The position numbers and the translations under genes were made by a program. From Bacteroidota bacterium (GTDB taxonomy: Bacteria; Bacteroidota; Bacteroidia; Chitinophagales; BACL12), in the NCBI GenBank assembly GCA_016124275.1, contig WGOA01000045.1, positions 35,055 through 99,054 of the forward strand: a stretch of DNA of 64,000 bases, in the 5' to 3' direction. Below are positions 28,539-37,349 of the stretch, one piece after another. Within the stretch, counting starts at the first letter, position 1. Each line of letters starts with the position of its first letter. The notes under the pieces are model-generated. The model was not told the origin of the DNA, ran no database searches, and saw nothing but the letters and a program-made list of their open reading frames with translations.

Positions 28539-28546
28539 TATCTTTG
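28539..28546 (+). promoter_or_regulatory. candidate -7 box (TAnnTTTG) for ychF
   Basis: TATCTTTG lies 21 nt upstream of the ychF ATG. This is a motif match only. Confidence 0.3.
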
Positions 28547-28566
28547 CCGCTCAAATTTCAAGCGGT

Positions 28567-29667
28567 ATGGCACTCAAGTGCGGCATTGTCGGTCTTCCAA
28601 ATGTGGGTAAATCCACGTTGTTCAACGCGCTGTCCAATGCCAAGGCTCAGTCGGCGAATTTTCCTTTTTGCACCATCGAACCCAATGTTGGGGTCATTAC
28701 CGTACCCGATCCCCGCCTGCTCAAGCTGCAGGAGCTGATTAACCCAAAGAGTCTGGTGCCCACGACCATGGAGTTTGTTGACATTGCCGGCCTGGTTAAA
28801 GGAGCTTCCAAAGGGGAAGGGCTGGGCAATCAGTTTTTGGGCAATATCCGGGAAACCGATGCCATTATCCATGTGATTCGCTGCTTTGCTGACGACAACA
28901 TCGTTCATGTTCACGGCCATGTTGACCCTGTCCGCGATAAAGAGATCATTGATACGGAGTTGTTGCTCAAAGACCTGGAAGGGTTGGAAAAGCGTCTGGA
29001 CAAGCAACGCCGGGCTGCAAAATCCGGCGACAAGCCTGCCCAAAAGCAGGTAGCCATGATGGAGCGTCTCAAAGCCCATATTGAAGCAAATCTGGCTGTC
29101 CGCTCGTTTGATTTGCAAGATGAAGAGGAGAGGGGCTGGCTGCGCGACTTCCAGTTGCTTACCGCCAAGCCTGTTCTGTACGCCTGCAATGTGGACGTAG
29201 GGGCTATTTTGACAGGCAACGCATTTGTGGATCAATTGAAGGCGGCTATTGCCGGGGAGCAAGCAGAAATTGTCCTGATTTGCGCCGGTATGGAAGCAGA
29301 AATTGCCGAGTTGGAAAGCCTGGAAGACCGGGTGGCTTTTTTGGCCGATTTGGGGTTGGCAGAAAGCGGTTTGAACCGCCTGATCCGATCAGCGTATAAA
29401 TTGCTGGATTTGATCACCTATTTTACGGCCGGAGTAAAAGAGGTCCGCGCCTGGACTATTCATCGCGGAACACGGGCCCCCCAAGCGGCAGGGGTTATTC
29501 ACAGTGATTTTGAAAAGGGATTTATTCGGGCTGAAGTGATTCCTTACCAGACTTTCGTGACGCTCGGTTCAGAAAATGCCTGCAAAGAAGCCGGAAAACT
29601 CCAGGTGGAAGGAAAAGAATACGTGGTACAAGACGGAGACGTCATGCATTTTCGCTTTAATGTCTGA
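28567..29667 (+). CDS. ychF: redox-regulated ribosome-binding ATPase YchF
   Basis: 'MALKCGIVGLPNVGKSTLFNALS...ANFPFCTIEPN' and C-terminal 'DFEKGFIRAEV...GK...EGKEYVVQDGDVMHFRFNV' are canonical YchF. Confidence 0.95.
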   Translation: MALKCGIVGLPNVGKSTLFNALSNAKAQSANFPFCTIEPNVGVITVPDPRLLKLQELINPKSLVPTTMEFVDIAGLVKGASKGEGLGNQFLGNIRETDAIIHVIRCFADDNIVHVHGHVDPVRDKEIIDTELLLKDLEGLEKRLDKQRRAAKSGDKPAQKQVAMMERLKAHIEANLAVRSFDLQDEEERGWLRDFQLLTAKPVLYACNVDVGAILTGNAFVDQLKAAIAGEQAEIVLICAGMEAEIAELESLEDRVAFLADLGLAESGLNRLIRSAYKLLDLITYFTAGVKEVRAWTIHRGTRAPQAAGVIHSDFEKGFIRAEVIPYQTFVTLGSENACKEAGKLQVEGKEYVVQDGDVMHFRFNV

Positions 29668-29768
29668 GCTGTTGGGCGGGCTTGCCTCGGTGCTCCTCCT
29701 CCACGCTGGCCCCCCAATCATTTAGGCATGGGGGTCGGCCTCTGCAACGCGGCGTTAGGGCATTCCCC

Positions 29769-30221
29769 TTATTCTTCTGGGATAAAGTCGAGGGACACAG
29801 AGTTTATACAGTACCGCAAACCCGTTTCGGTTGGTCCGTCCGGAAAGACATGCCCAAGGTGTGAGCCGCATTGTCCGCAAACCACTTCTGTCCGGATCAT
29901 GCCATGGCTTTTATCCACTATTTCCCGGATGCGGTCGCCTGCGGCTGCACGGTCAAAGGAGGGCCAACCACATCGGCTGTCAAACTTGGCTGCGGAATGA
30001 AAGAGTTCCTGGCCACAGCCCCCGCAGGTGTAGAGGCCAGCCTTCCAATGCAAATTGTACTGTCCGGTAAAGGGCCTTTCGGTGCCTTTGCCGCGAAGGA
30101 CATGGTAGCGTTCCTGCCCTAAACGCTCCAGCCATTCGGTTTCGCTGGAAGGTTGGCTCCAGTCCTTGGAATCCTCCTTGGAGTTGGAGAGAGTTGGTTG
30201 TAGGGGCAGAGAGGAGGACAT
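29769..30221 (-). CDS. msrB: peptide-methionine (R)-S-oxide reductase
   Basis: '[10 protein letters not shown]......G.Y.C..CG..LF.S..KF.S.CGWPSF' and 'EV.C..CG.HLGHVF.DGP' are MsrB motifs. Confidence 0.9.
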   Translation of the reverse strand: MSSSLPLQPTLSNSKEDSKDWSQPSSETEWLERLGQERYHVLRGKGTERPFTGQYNLHWKAGLYTCGGCGQELFHSAAKFDSRCGWPSFDRAAAGDRIREIVDKSHGMIRTEVVCGQCGSHLGHVFPDGPTETGLRYCINSVSLDFIPEE

Positions 30222-30510
30222 AGGATTGGTTTTTTCTAACCTTCAGGCAACTTGGGATTAGCTGATAGGATCCTGGGTTGAAACAGCAAGAAGGCTGGGT
30301 GAGTTCATTTTGAGGAAAAAATTGGTCCCCAAAACGCCTTCTAACAACCAGAACTGTTCAGAAATTGAAAAAAAAGTGGATGCTTTGCAACCAACGGGCC
30401 ATAATATTCGTCCCGGAACGTTTGGGAATTAGAACCTAAGGCCTTATCTTGTTAGAAGCATTGGGTTTTAAGGGCCAATTAGGGGGGCTCACCGTCTCAC
30501 GCACAGGAAA

Positions 30511-30609
30511 ATGAAGGGTCTATCCATAATCACATCGTACATGTTGGCAGTATTATTCTGCCTGGTCCTCTCTTTTGTATTGTTGGCGTTTCACATGTAC
30601 ATGAGTTGA
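30511..30609 (+). CDS. candidate small hydrophobic peptide (32 aa)
   Basis: Not in the ORF track. ATG 30511 is preceded by the purine-rich 'acaggaaa'. The translation is MKGLSIITSYMLAVLFCLVLSFVLLAFHMYMS*, one TM helix. The stop overlaps a 7-bp-stem hairpin (TTGAGCA-acg-TGCTCAA, 30605..30621). There is no homology evidence. Confidence 0.25.
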   Translation: MKGLSIITSYMLAVLFCLVLSFVLLAFHMYMS

Positions 30610-30670
30610 GCAACGTGCTCAATCATGCTGTTCGGTATGGAAACGCCTTGCCATTGCCCATCCTGACGGA

Positions 30671-30775
30671 GCGCCAGTTAGTTTAACACCGGTAAGCGTA
30701 GCGCCAGTCGGTTTAACGCCAGTCGGTTTAGCGCCAGTCGGTTTAGCGCGAGTCGGTTTAACGCCTTTTGGTTTG
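30671..30775. repeat. 15-bp tandem repeat, 7 copies
   Basis: Copies read gcgccagttagttta / acaccggtaagcgta / gcgccagtcggttta / acgccagtcggttta / gcgccagtcggttta / gcgcgagtcggttta / acgccttttggtttg. The array lies directly 3' of the stop (30791) of the thioredoxin-fold gene. Confidence 0.9.
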
Positions 30776-30790
30776 TCAAAAGCCTCGCTT

Positions 30791-32212
30791 TCAGGGCTTA
30801 AACTGACCTTCCCAGGCGTCCATAAACTCTCCAAGTTGTTCGGCAACTAATCGTTTAGCGATAATTTGTTTGTTGTTGTCAAGCAAAAACAGCACGGGCG
30901 TGGCATTGATGTCGTACAGCGTTTTGAATTCGCTGGTTTGGTCAAAATCAGCCACGTGATACCACCCGTCCAAGCTGTGTTTCTCAATGAACTTTAGCCA
31001 TTTGTCCAATTCCAATTGGGTGTTAACCGCAAAGATGGAAATGTCATAGCGCGTCTTTACCTGGTCAAAGGCCTTCTTCAGCTCTGGTGTTTCTTTTTGG
31101 CAATGGCTGCAATCCGGGTCCCAAAAGTACAGGATGGTGTATTTGGTGTTAAGGGAATACAGATTCTGCGTCCGTCCATTGACATCCTTCATGATGATGT
31201 TTGGAGCGGTTTTTCCAATCAGTGTGGGCTGCATCCGCTTCGCCCGGTCCGTAATTCGGAAACGTTGGGCTTCGTCCAACCACGTTGCCTGGCCCTTATC
31301 GTAGTAGTTTAAGGCAATATGGACATAGACACCGTCCATGCCCATAATGTTTGAATTGGCATATTCATTGAGCAACCAGACCAGGCAAAACTTAAACACC
31401 TCTGGATTAGCCTTGGCTTTGTTTAGAATATTATCGACAGAAACACTCAGCGAATCAGGAGAACGGTAGGAAAGCGTGTTGAGGTAGCGATCCATGACAT
31501 TGTAGACGACTGGTGTGCGAAGCAAACGCTCATCGCTCCAATCCAACTGGTCCAGGGAATGCCTTCTGGCATAGCGAAACTGGAAGAAAGAATCGGTGAT
31601 GTTTCCCTGGGCATCCCGGGGAGGCTCGGGCATTTCCAGCTCTTCGAGCGCCTTGAGGATTTTGATGTACAACAGATCCGGATGCTTAGCCAAGAGGTCC
31701 TTGCGCCACTCTTTAACATCTACATTGAGCTTTTCCAATTGCTCGATAACTGCCTTATGCTCGGGGCTCTCAGGATTAAGGTTCTGCAATTGGGCGGTCA
31801 GGGGCTCTGACGCCGTCCGTTTTGCCTGCAGGAAACGCAGGTCCTGATAAAACACTTCATTTTCCTTTGAGCCTTTGAACTGAATGGAGCCGACCAGGTT
31901 GTTGACATCGCCGGTCATGCTGAATTTGGGCTCGCGAACCACAAATTCGAAATATTCATTTTTGCGGCTTGGAAAGACGATCATGTACAAGCCAGCAGGC
32001 AATAAGGTGTCAGCACTGATGGTGACCCTGCCTTCTTTATCCAGCAACAGGGTATCGGCAATGTATTGTTTATCGCCGTAATGGTAGGCCAAAAAGATGG
32101 TGGTATCGGCAATGTTCTCCAAATCAAGTTTGTACTCAAACCCGTCAGCGGCACGAACATTTGCAGATATAAAGCTGATAATCAGCGTTGTGTAGAAAAG
32201 TATTTTTGACAT
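30791..32212 (-). CDS. TlpA/AhpC-TSA-type thioredoxin-fold thiol:disulfide oxidoreductase with long N-terminal domain
   Basis: The C-terminal domain '[25 protein letters not shown]' carries the CxxC of the TlpA family. I set the start at ATG 32212 ([21 protein letters not shown], a signal peptide). Confidence 0.75.
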   Translation of the reverse strand: MSKILFYTTLIISFISANVRAADGFEYKLDLENIADTTIFLAYHYGDKQYIADTLLLDKEGRVTISADTLLPAGLYMIVFPSRKNEYFEFVVREPKFSMTGDVNNLVGSIQFKGSKENEVFYQDLRFLQAKRTASEPLTAQLQNLNPESPEHKAVIEQLEKLNVDVKEWRKDLLAKHPDLLYIKILKALEELEMPEPPRDAQGNITDSFFQFRYARRHSLDQLDWSDERLLRTPVVYNVMDRYLNTLSYRSPDSLSVSVDNILNKAKANPEVFKFCLVWLLNEYANSNIMGMDGVYVHIALNYYDKGQATWLDEAQRFRITDRAKRMQPTLIGKTAPNIIMKDVNGRTQNLYSLNTKYTILYFWDPDCSHCQKETPELKKAFDQVKTRYDISIFAVNTQLELDKWLKFIEKHSLDGWYHVADFDQTSEFKTLYDINATPVLFLLDNNKQIIAKRLVAEQLGEFMDAWEGQFKP

Positions 32213-32239
32213 AGAATGGGGAAGGTGAATCAATGCGCG

Positions 32240-32247
32240 CAAATTTA
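32240..32247 (-). promoter_or_regulatory. candidate -7 box (TAnnTTTG) for the thioredoxin-fold gene
   Basis: The minus strand reads TAAATTTG 28 nt upstream of ATG 32212. Immediately before it is a hairpin (GGGCCAAATGC-atg-GCATTTGCCC, 32248..32271) that could terminate the efflux operon. Confidence 0.35.
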
Positions 32248-32351
32248 GGGCAAATGCCATGCATTTGGCCCGTCCGTCCGGAGCAATTGCACGAAAGCGC
32301 CTAACAGCAAAAAGTTTGCCAGAACGCCATGATTGACCTTTAGAAGGTCTT

Positions 32352-33434
32352 TCACTCTAAAACAGGCACTTTTATGGCCATGGTGGTATCGAGCCCACTC
32401 AATACTTCAACGGCAAGGCCATCGGAGAGTCCAAGGGTAAGATTTTGCCGAACAAAAACCTGAGACCCCTTTTCAATTTCTACATAAGCCGTATCACCGC
32501 TGAATTGAAGCAGGCTCTCTTTAACAAGCAAAACCGAATCCCGGCTATCCAGCAAAATATCTGCATTGGCGCTGTATCCGGCTCGTAAGAAAGCGCTGTG
32601 CGCAGGATCAACATCTGCCCGGATGTTGAACTTAATGGTGCCTTCTTCGGTAACCCCTTTTGGCGAGATAAACTGAAGCCGGGCATCGAACACAAGGTCT
32701 TCAATGGCACCAACGGTCAATTGCAGGGTCATGCCTTCTTTTAACTTGCCCACTTCCGATTCATCCACCTTTCCTTCAAAGATCATATCACCCATATCGG
32801 CAACCGTGACAATGGTAGTGCCATCGTTGAAATTGTTGCTGGCAATTGCGGGGCTCCCTTCGCGCACGGGCACATCTAAAATCATGCCGTCTGCCGTGGA
32901 ACGCACCAGGTTTGCAGCCGTTTTGGACCCGCGGGCAGCACCGGTCTGAAGAACGTCCAATGCTGCTTCGGCACCTTTAAGTTGTTGAAAAGTCAAATCG
33001 GATGAAAGGGCAAACTGGAGGTAGGCTTGCTCAGCAATGGTTCCGTCTTTAAACAGCCGTTCCTGCCTGATGCGTTCTTTCTCGGCAGCCTGATAATCAA
33101 TCCGGGCGAGGTCCACCTGAGCGCGAGCTGCCTGCAAACTGTTTTCGTCCGGAACTACCTGAATGCGGGCCAACAATTGGCCTTTGGTAACGGATTGACC
33201 GGCCTCTACATAGATTTCCTCAATGATGCCGGTAACTTGTGCTTTGACTTCAACTTCGCGCCGCGGCACGATGGACCCCGTAGCAACGGTTTTCTTCACC
33301 ACATTGCCGATGCTTGCTTTTTGGGTTTCGTAGATGACCGGATCTTTTTTCATCTGATCATAGAAATACTTACCCATCGCGATGGCCAGGCCAATGAATA
33401 ACAGTGCAAAAATTATGATTGCTGCTTTTTTCAT
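32352..33434 (-). CDS. efflux transporter periplasmic adaptor subunit (HlyD/MacA-like)
   Basis: N-terminal TM anchor, then 'VTGIIEEIYVEAGQSVTKGQLLARI', a coiled-coil segment and C-terminal beta-barrel domains, as in RND/MacA membrane-fusion proteins. Confidence 0.85.
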   Translation of the reverse strand: MKKAAIIIFALLFIGLAIAMGKYFYDQMKKDPVIYETQKASIGNVVKKTVATGSIVPRREVEVKAQVTGIIEEIYVEAGQSVTKGQLLARIQVVPDENSLQAARAQVDLARIDYQAAEKERIRQERLFKDGTIAEQAYLQFALSSDLTFQQLKGAEAALDVLQTGAARGSKTAANLVRSTADGMILDVPVREGSPAIASNNFNDGTTIVTVADMGDMIFEGKVDESEVGKLKEGMTLQLTVGAIEDLVFDARLQFISPKGVTEEGTIKFNIRADVDPAHSAFLRAGYSANADILLDSRDSVLLVKESLLQFSGDTAYVEIEKGSQVFVRQNLTLGLSDGLAVEVLSGLDTTMAIKVPVLE

Positions 33435-33461
33435 TATTTTCTTTTTTAAACGGATGCCCGT

Positions 33462-34724
33462 TTAGTCTTCTTTTAGCGTAATAGCCGGATTGATCGAAGC
33501 CGCTTGAAATGCGGGGATAGCCCCGGCTACAGCACCGGAAACCACGAGACAGCCCAAAGCAATAAGGGCAAAGGTTAAATTGATTTCCGGATCGCGGAGA
33601 AAAACATTTCCGCCTTCCGCAGCGGCCGCTGAGATCATTTTATCCGCGAGGGTTAGGATGCCAATTCCAGCCATGAGCCCGATGTATCCCGATAGCGTTG
33701 TCAGGACAATAGCCTTGGACATAATCATGCGGACGATACTGCTGTTGGTAGCGCCCAAAGCCTTTCGAACCCCGATTTCCTTGACGCGTTCCCGAACAAT
33801 AATCAGCATAATGTTTCCTACGCCAATGACCCCTGCCAGCAGGGTACCAAAACTCACGAAAAGCACAATGGTGCGGATCCAGAAAAAGAGGTTCTGGAAG
33901 CGCAAAAACTCTTCTTCCAGGTTGAACGAGCCAATGGCTTGTTTGTCTTCGGGCGAAACATCATGCCGCTCGCGCAACAGCGCAGTCAGTTCCTCCTGAA
34001 CGCTGGCCGTTTCATGCCCTTCGCCAACGGTGCAGATGAACCAACCCACTTCATTGATCATGTTGTAGGTGTACTGCATGGTGGTGATGGGCATGAAGAT
34101 GCTCTCATCGTCTTCACGGCTTTGGTCACCGCTCCGCTCAGAATGGGCAATGCCCACAACCTGGAACCACACCCCTTTAATTTTCAGGTATTCGCCAATG
34201 GGTTCTTCCTCCCCAAACAGCACTTCAGCAACGCGTTTGCCGATGACAATAACTTTTCGGCGCTCCGCCAAATCAATGGGGTTGATAAATCGCCCCCGGG
34301 CAAGGCGCACGGGTTCCAGCCTGATCAGTGCTTCGGTTTCGCCGCGAACGCTAAAGGCCCCCTCTTTTTCTTTCCGAACAATCTGATCCACTGCCAGCCA
34401 AAGCCGGGGCGAAATCTGGTCAACGCCTTCCACCTTGTTTTGGATAGCCGTGATGTCATCCATGTACAGCGGGAAAATGCGACCCGCCTGTAAGCCTTTA
34501 TAGGGAACCGTGGTTCGCTCGGTCCAGACAAACATGCTTTTGGTCGAAAACTTTCCGAACTCGAACAGCGCTGCGTTCTCGAGTGCTGCCCCTGCACCCA
34601 TCATAACAATCAACATAAAAATTCCCCAGATAACACCGAGTGCAGTCATCGCTGTCCTCAGCTTGTGCTTGGTCAGCGTGGAGAGAATCTCCTGCCATTT
34701 GTCCAGATCAAAGAGGCTTTTCAA
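33462..34724 (-). CDS. ABC transporter permease, MacB/FtsX type
   Basis: 'FDLDKWQEILSTLTKHKLRTAMTALGVIWGIFML' followed by a large periplasmic domain and the FtsX C-terminus 'RERVKEIGVRKALGAT'. I propose the TTG start at 34724. The track start at 34925 lies deep inside the upstream gene. Confidence 0.8.
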   Translation of the reverse strand: MKSLFDLDKWQEILSTLTKHKLRTAMTALGVIWGIFMLIVMMGAGAALENAALFEFGKFSTKSMFVWTERTTVPYKGLQAGRIFPLYMDDITAIQNKVEGVDQISPRLWLAVDQIVRKEKEGAFSVRGETEALIRLEPVRLARGRFINPIDLAERRKVIVIGKRVAEVLFGEEEPIGEYLKIKGVWFQVVGIAHSERSGDQSREDDESIFMPITTMQYTYNMINEVGWFICTVGEGHETASVQEELTALLRERHDVSPEDKQAIGSFNLEEEFLRFQNLFFWIRTIVLFVSFGTLLAGVIGVGNIMLIIVRERVKEIGVRKALGATNSSIVRMIMSKAIVLTTLSGYIGLMAGIGILTLADKMISAAAAEGGNVFLRDPEINLTFALIALGCLVVSGAVAGAIPAFQAASINPAITLKED

Positions 34725-34738
34725 CTGTTGGAGAGAAT

Positions 34739-35986
34739 TCAGGATTTCATAGCAACGGCCGGTGCAATGCGCACGGCGCGAATAGCTGGAATTAAGCCGG
34801 ATAACCCTCCGGAGACGACGAGGATGATCAACGCACCGATCACGACCCCGGGCGTAACACCAGGATTTAAAAACATGGTTTCCGCACTGGGTTCTGTGGG
34901 CAGGACATAGGCATTGACCACACACAGCAACCCGATGCCCAGCATCATGCCCAGGTATCCGGCAATGCCCGTAATCAGAATGGATTCTTGCATGATCATG
35001 GATACGATACTTCGATTGGTAGCCCCAAGGGCTTTGCGAACGCCGATTTCACGGGTTCGTTCGGTGACAGAGATAAGCATAATGTTGCTTATGCCAATGA
35101 TGCCTGCGATCAGCGTAAGTATTCCAATGATCCATATAAAGACCTGAATCCCGGCAAACAGTCCGAGGAATCGTTTGAACTCTTCCAGCGAGTTGTTGAT
35201 GTAAATGGCCTGTTCGTCAGCGGGGTCAAAACGGTGCACTTCCGACAGTCTGTTTCGGAGCGATTCTTCCAATCGCTTGGAGGCATCAATGTCCGAACTG
35301 TGCATGGTCAACATCAACTGGCTGAGCCTGTCTTGTCCGTTGTCGATGCGCTGGGCAGTACTGACCGGCAGGTAGATTTGCTTGTTCTCGTTGCGGCCTC
35401 CGGAATCGTCAAAAATTCCGACGACCTGGTAGAGCACCCCCTTGATTTTTATGTAGGTTCCAAGAACAGTTTCATCGGGCTCGTAAAGTCCGGCAGCGAC
35501 GTCCACGCCAATGACGCAGACCTTCCGGAAACTCCGCATATCAAATGCGTTTAAAAAACGACCTTGCGTAACTTCAGTGTTTTCCAGATACTGATGATCC
35601 GGGTGGACACAGCGGATGTAATAGGAACTGCTGCGGTCACCGCGGCTGACGGAAAACTCGCCGCGCAGGTAGTATCGGCCAGTCAGTCGATCGACCGCGG
35701 GCTCCTGTTGCCGGATGTCCTGGTAATCGCTGTTGGTGAATTCTATAGACCGCCCGGAGGGCAATCCCCTGTAAGGCATGCTCGTTACTCCGGGATAAAT
35801 CCAAATACTGTTGATGGCGTCGTCCTTAAACTGAAAGGTAACGCCGCGCTGCAGACCATTGCCCGATCCGAGCAGCAACACCAGCATGAGCATTCCCCAA
35901 AAAACGCTGAGCGAAGTAAGCCCGGAGCGAAGTTTGTGGCGCCAAAGCGAATCAAAAACTTCCCTGCTTTGTTCCAGGTTAAGCAT
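34739..35986 (-). CDS. ABC transporter permease, MacB/FtsX type (paralogue of 33462..34724)
   Basis: It has the same architecture: 'SLWRHKLRSGLTSLSVFWGMLML...TERTREIGVRKALGAT'. ATG 35986 overlaps the ATPase stop by 8 nt (ATGCTTAA). Confidence 0.85.
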   Translation of the reverse strand: MLNLEQSREVFDSLWRHKLRSGLTSLSVFWGMLMLVLLLGSGNGLQRGVTFQFKDDAINSIWIYPGVTSMPYRGLPSGRSIEFTNSDYQDIRQQEPAVDRLTGRYYLRGEFSVSRGDRSSSYYIRCVHPDHQYLENTEVTQGRFLNAFDMRSFRKVCVIGVDVAAGLYEPDETVLGTYIKIKGVLYQVVGIFDDSGGRNENKQIYLPVSTAQRIDNGQDRLSQLMLTMHSSDIDASKRLEESLRNRLSEVHRFDPADEQAIYINNSLEEFKRFLGLFAGIQVFIWIIGILTLIAGIIGISNIMLISVTERTREIGVRKALGATNRSIVSMIMQESILITGIAGYLGMMLGIGLLCVVNAYVLPTEPSAETMFLNPGVTPGVVIGALIILVVSGGLSGLIPAIRAVRIAPAVAMKS

Positions 35987-36674
35987 GGAGCGTGGTTTCG
36001 TGCAACGCAGCGTGGTGGTCAATCAACCCATCCCGCAAGCGGATGAGCCTTTTGGTGCGGCGGGCTACCTCGTCTTCATGGGTTACGATCAGCACCGAAA
36101 TTCCCTCGCGATTCACGGCTTCAAAGAGTTCCATGATCTCCAGCGAAGTTTGCGAATCCAACGCACCGGTAGGCTCATCGGCCAAAATAACTTTGGGCTG
36201 ACTCACCAGGGCACGCGCAATGGCTACCCGCTGGTTTTGTCCCCCCGACATCTCCGAAGGAAGATGGTCGGCCCAATCGGCCAGCCCCACGCGGCCCAGG
36301 TATTCCAGTGCCTTGCGGTTTCGCTCTTTGCGCCCTATCCCTTTGTAATAAAGAGGAAGGGCCACGTTTTCCACCGCGTTTTTAAACGGAAGCAGGTTAA
36401 AGGACTGAAACACAAAACCGATAAATGCATTGCGGTATTTGGCAGCCTGGTCGGGTTTCAGGTTTCGGATGGGCACACCATCTAGTTCATACAGCCCTTC
36501 GTCGTAGTCATCCAGGATGCCCAAAACGTTTAACAGGGTTGATTTACCCGACCCTGAAGAACCCATTATGGACACGAATTCTCCTGCTGCAATGGTTAGA
36601 TCAATGCCTTTGAGTACCTCCAATTTGCGTGAACCAATCCGGTAGGATTTGCGAATGTTGTTCAGGTGGATCAT
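35979..36674 (-). CDS. ABC transporter ATP-binding protein (MacB-type ATPase)
   Basis: 'GSSGSGKSTLLN', 'MSGGQNQRVAIARAL' and 'ILADEPTGALD'. It is the first gene of the ATPase-permease-permease-adaptor operon. Confidence 0.9.
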   Translation of the reverse strand: MIHLNNIRKSYRIGSRKLEVLKGIDLTIAAGEFVSIMGSSGSGKSTLLNVLGILDDYDEGLYELDGVPIRNLKPDQAAKYRNAFIGFVFQSFNLLPFKNAVENVALPLYYKGIGRKERNRKALEYLGRVGLADWADHLPSEMSGGQNQRVAIARALVSQPKVILADEPTGALDSQTSLEIMELFEAVNREGISVLIVTHEDEVARRTKRLIRLRDGLIDHHAALHETTLHA

Positions 36675-36836
36675 GCTTGGGCGAAAAGGTTCGGTGCGCA
36701 GCGCGGGGATTTGTCTGCCTTTGACTTCAGGGGCTTGCCAAGGACAAAGACCCGCTTTCTTTGCGGGCTTGCCAAGCCCGCGGTGCGGGATTAACGCAAG
36801 ATTAACATATGGGCATCGCTTGAAGGCAGTTTTTGC

Positions 36837-37349
36837 CTACAACCAGCCTGTCCGGACCGCTAACTGCAACAACAGATTGGCATACAGGCCGGCAACAACA
36901 TCATCCAGCATGACTCCGACGCCCCCCCCCAGGCCCTCTGCCTTTCTGGCCAGCCAGGGTTTAACGATGTCAAAAAACCGGAAAAGCGCGAAACCGACCA
37001 AAGCCCCCACCCAGCTCCAGGGCACCAGCACCAGCGCAACCCAAACGCCCAGCCACTCGTCCAGGACGATCCGCGATGCGTCATCGCCCCAGTGGTGCTC
37101 GGCACGGGCGGCACTCCAAACCCCGACACCGAACAGCAGGACACAAGCAGCGAGCGCCAGAAAAGGTTGGTTCACCGAGCCGGGAAACGAACCCGGCAAC
37201 AGGTATTGCAACAAGGTCCAGGATGCCAAACCGCCCAAAGCACCAACGGTTCCGGGAGCCAACGGAGCATAACCCAAACCAAAACCGCTGGCCAGGACCA
37301 GGGCTATGCGATCCCGCGAGGCATTCCAATCCGTTCTCCCAGCACTCAT
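36837..37349 (-). CDS. pgpA: PgpA-family phosphatidylglycerophosphatase A-like protein (probable phosphatidylinositol-phosphate phosphatase)
   Basis: 'GFGLGYAPLAPGTVGAL...FRFFDIVKPW.......GGVGVMLDDVVAGLYANL' are the PgpA family motifs. The ATG overlaps the MIPS stop (ATGA). Confidence 0.8.
   Translation of the reverse strand: MSAGRTDWNASRDRIALVLASGFGLGYAPLAPGTVGALGGLASWTLLQYLLPGSFPGSVNQPFLALAACVLLFGVGVWSAARAEHHWGDDASRIVLDEWLGVWVALVLVPWSWVGALVGFALFRFFDIVKPWLARKAEGLGGGVGVMLDDVVAGLYANLLLQLAVRTGWL

Noticed and set aside
30671-30775. Possible CRISPR array.
   Set aside because: The units are only 15 bp and directly abutting, with no unique spacers. There are no cas genes in the window.
30619-30846. 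75-aa minus-strand ORF translating the 15-bp tandem repeat as KPTG(A/V) pentapeptides.
   Set aside because: I did not call it as a CDS. It starts 56 nt inside the 3' end of the thioredoxin-fold gene in a different frame. Its reading frame is a by-product of the 15-bp (multiple-of-3) repeat. The repeat itself is kept as a finding.
33462-34925. Track-reported long N-terminal extensions. Examples are 33462..34925, 42399..44201, 43933..45702, 41573..42379, 10311..13505, 52111..54015, 63011..63850, 45748..46620 and 47476..48744.
   Set aside because: The extensions overlap upstream genes or precede obvious signal peptides or conserved N-termini. They arise because the track takes the first ATG/GTG/TTG of each open frame. 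I trimmed the starts as listed in the features.
36763-36781. GCGGGCTT-gcc-AAGCCCGC hairpin and the neighbouring CCCGC-tttcttt-GCGGG hairpin downstream of the pgpA-like gene, as a terminator.
   Set aside because: The stems are good, but no T tract follows on the minus strand, and the loops of 3 and 7 nt overlap each other. This is plausible but too weak to list as a feature.
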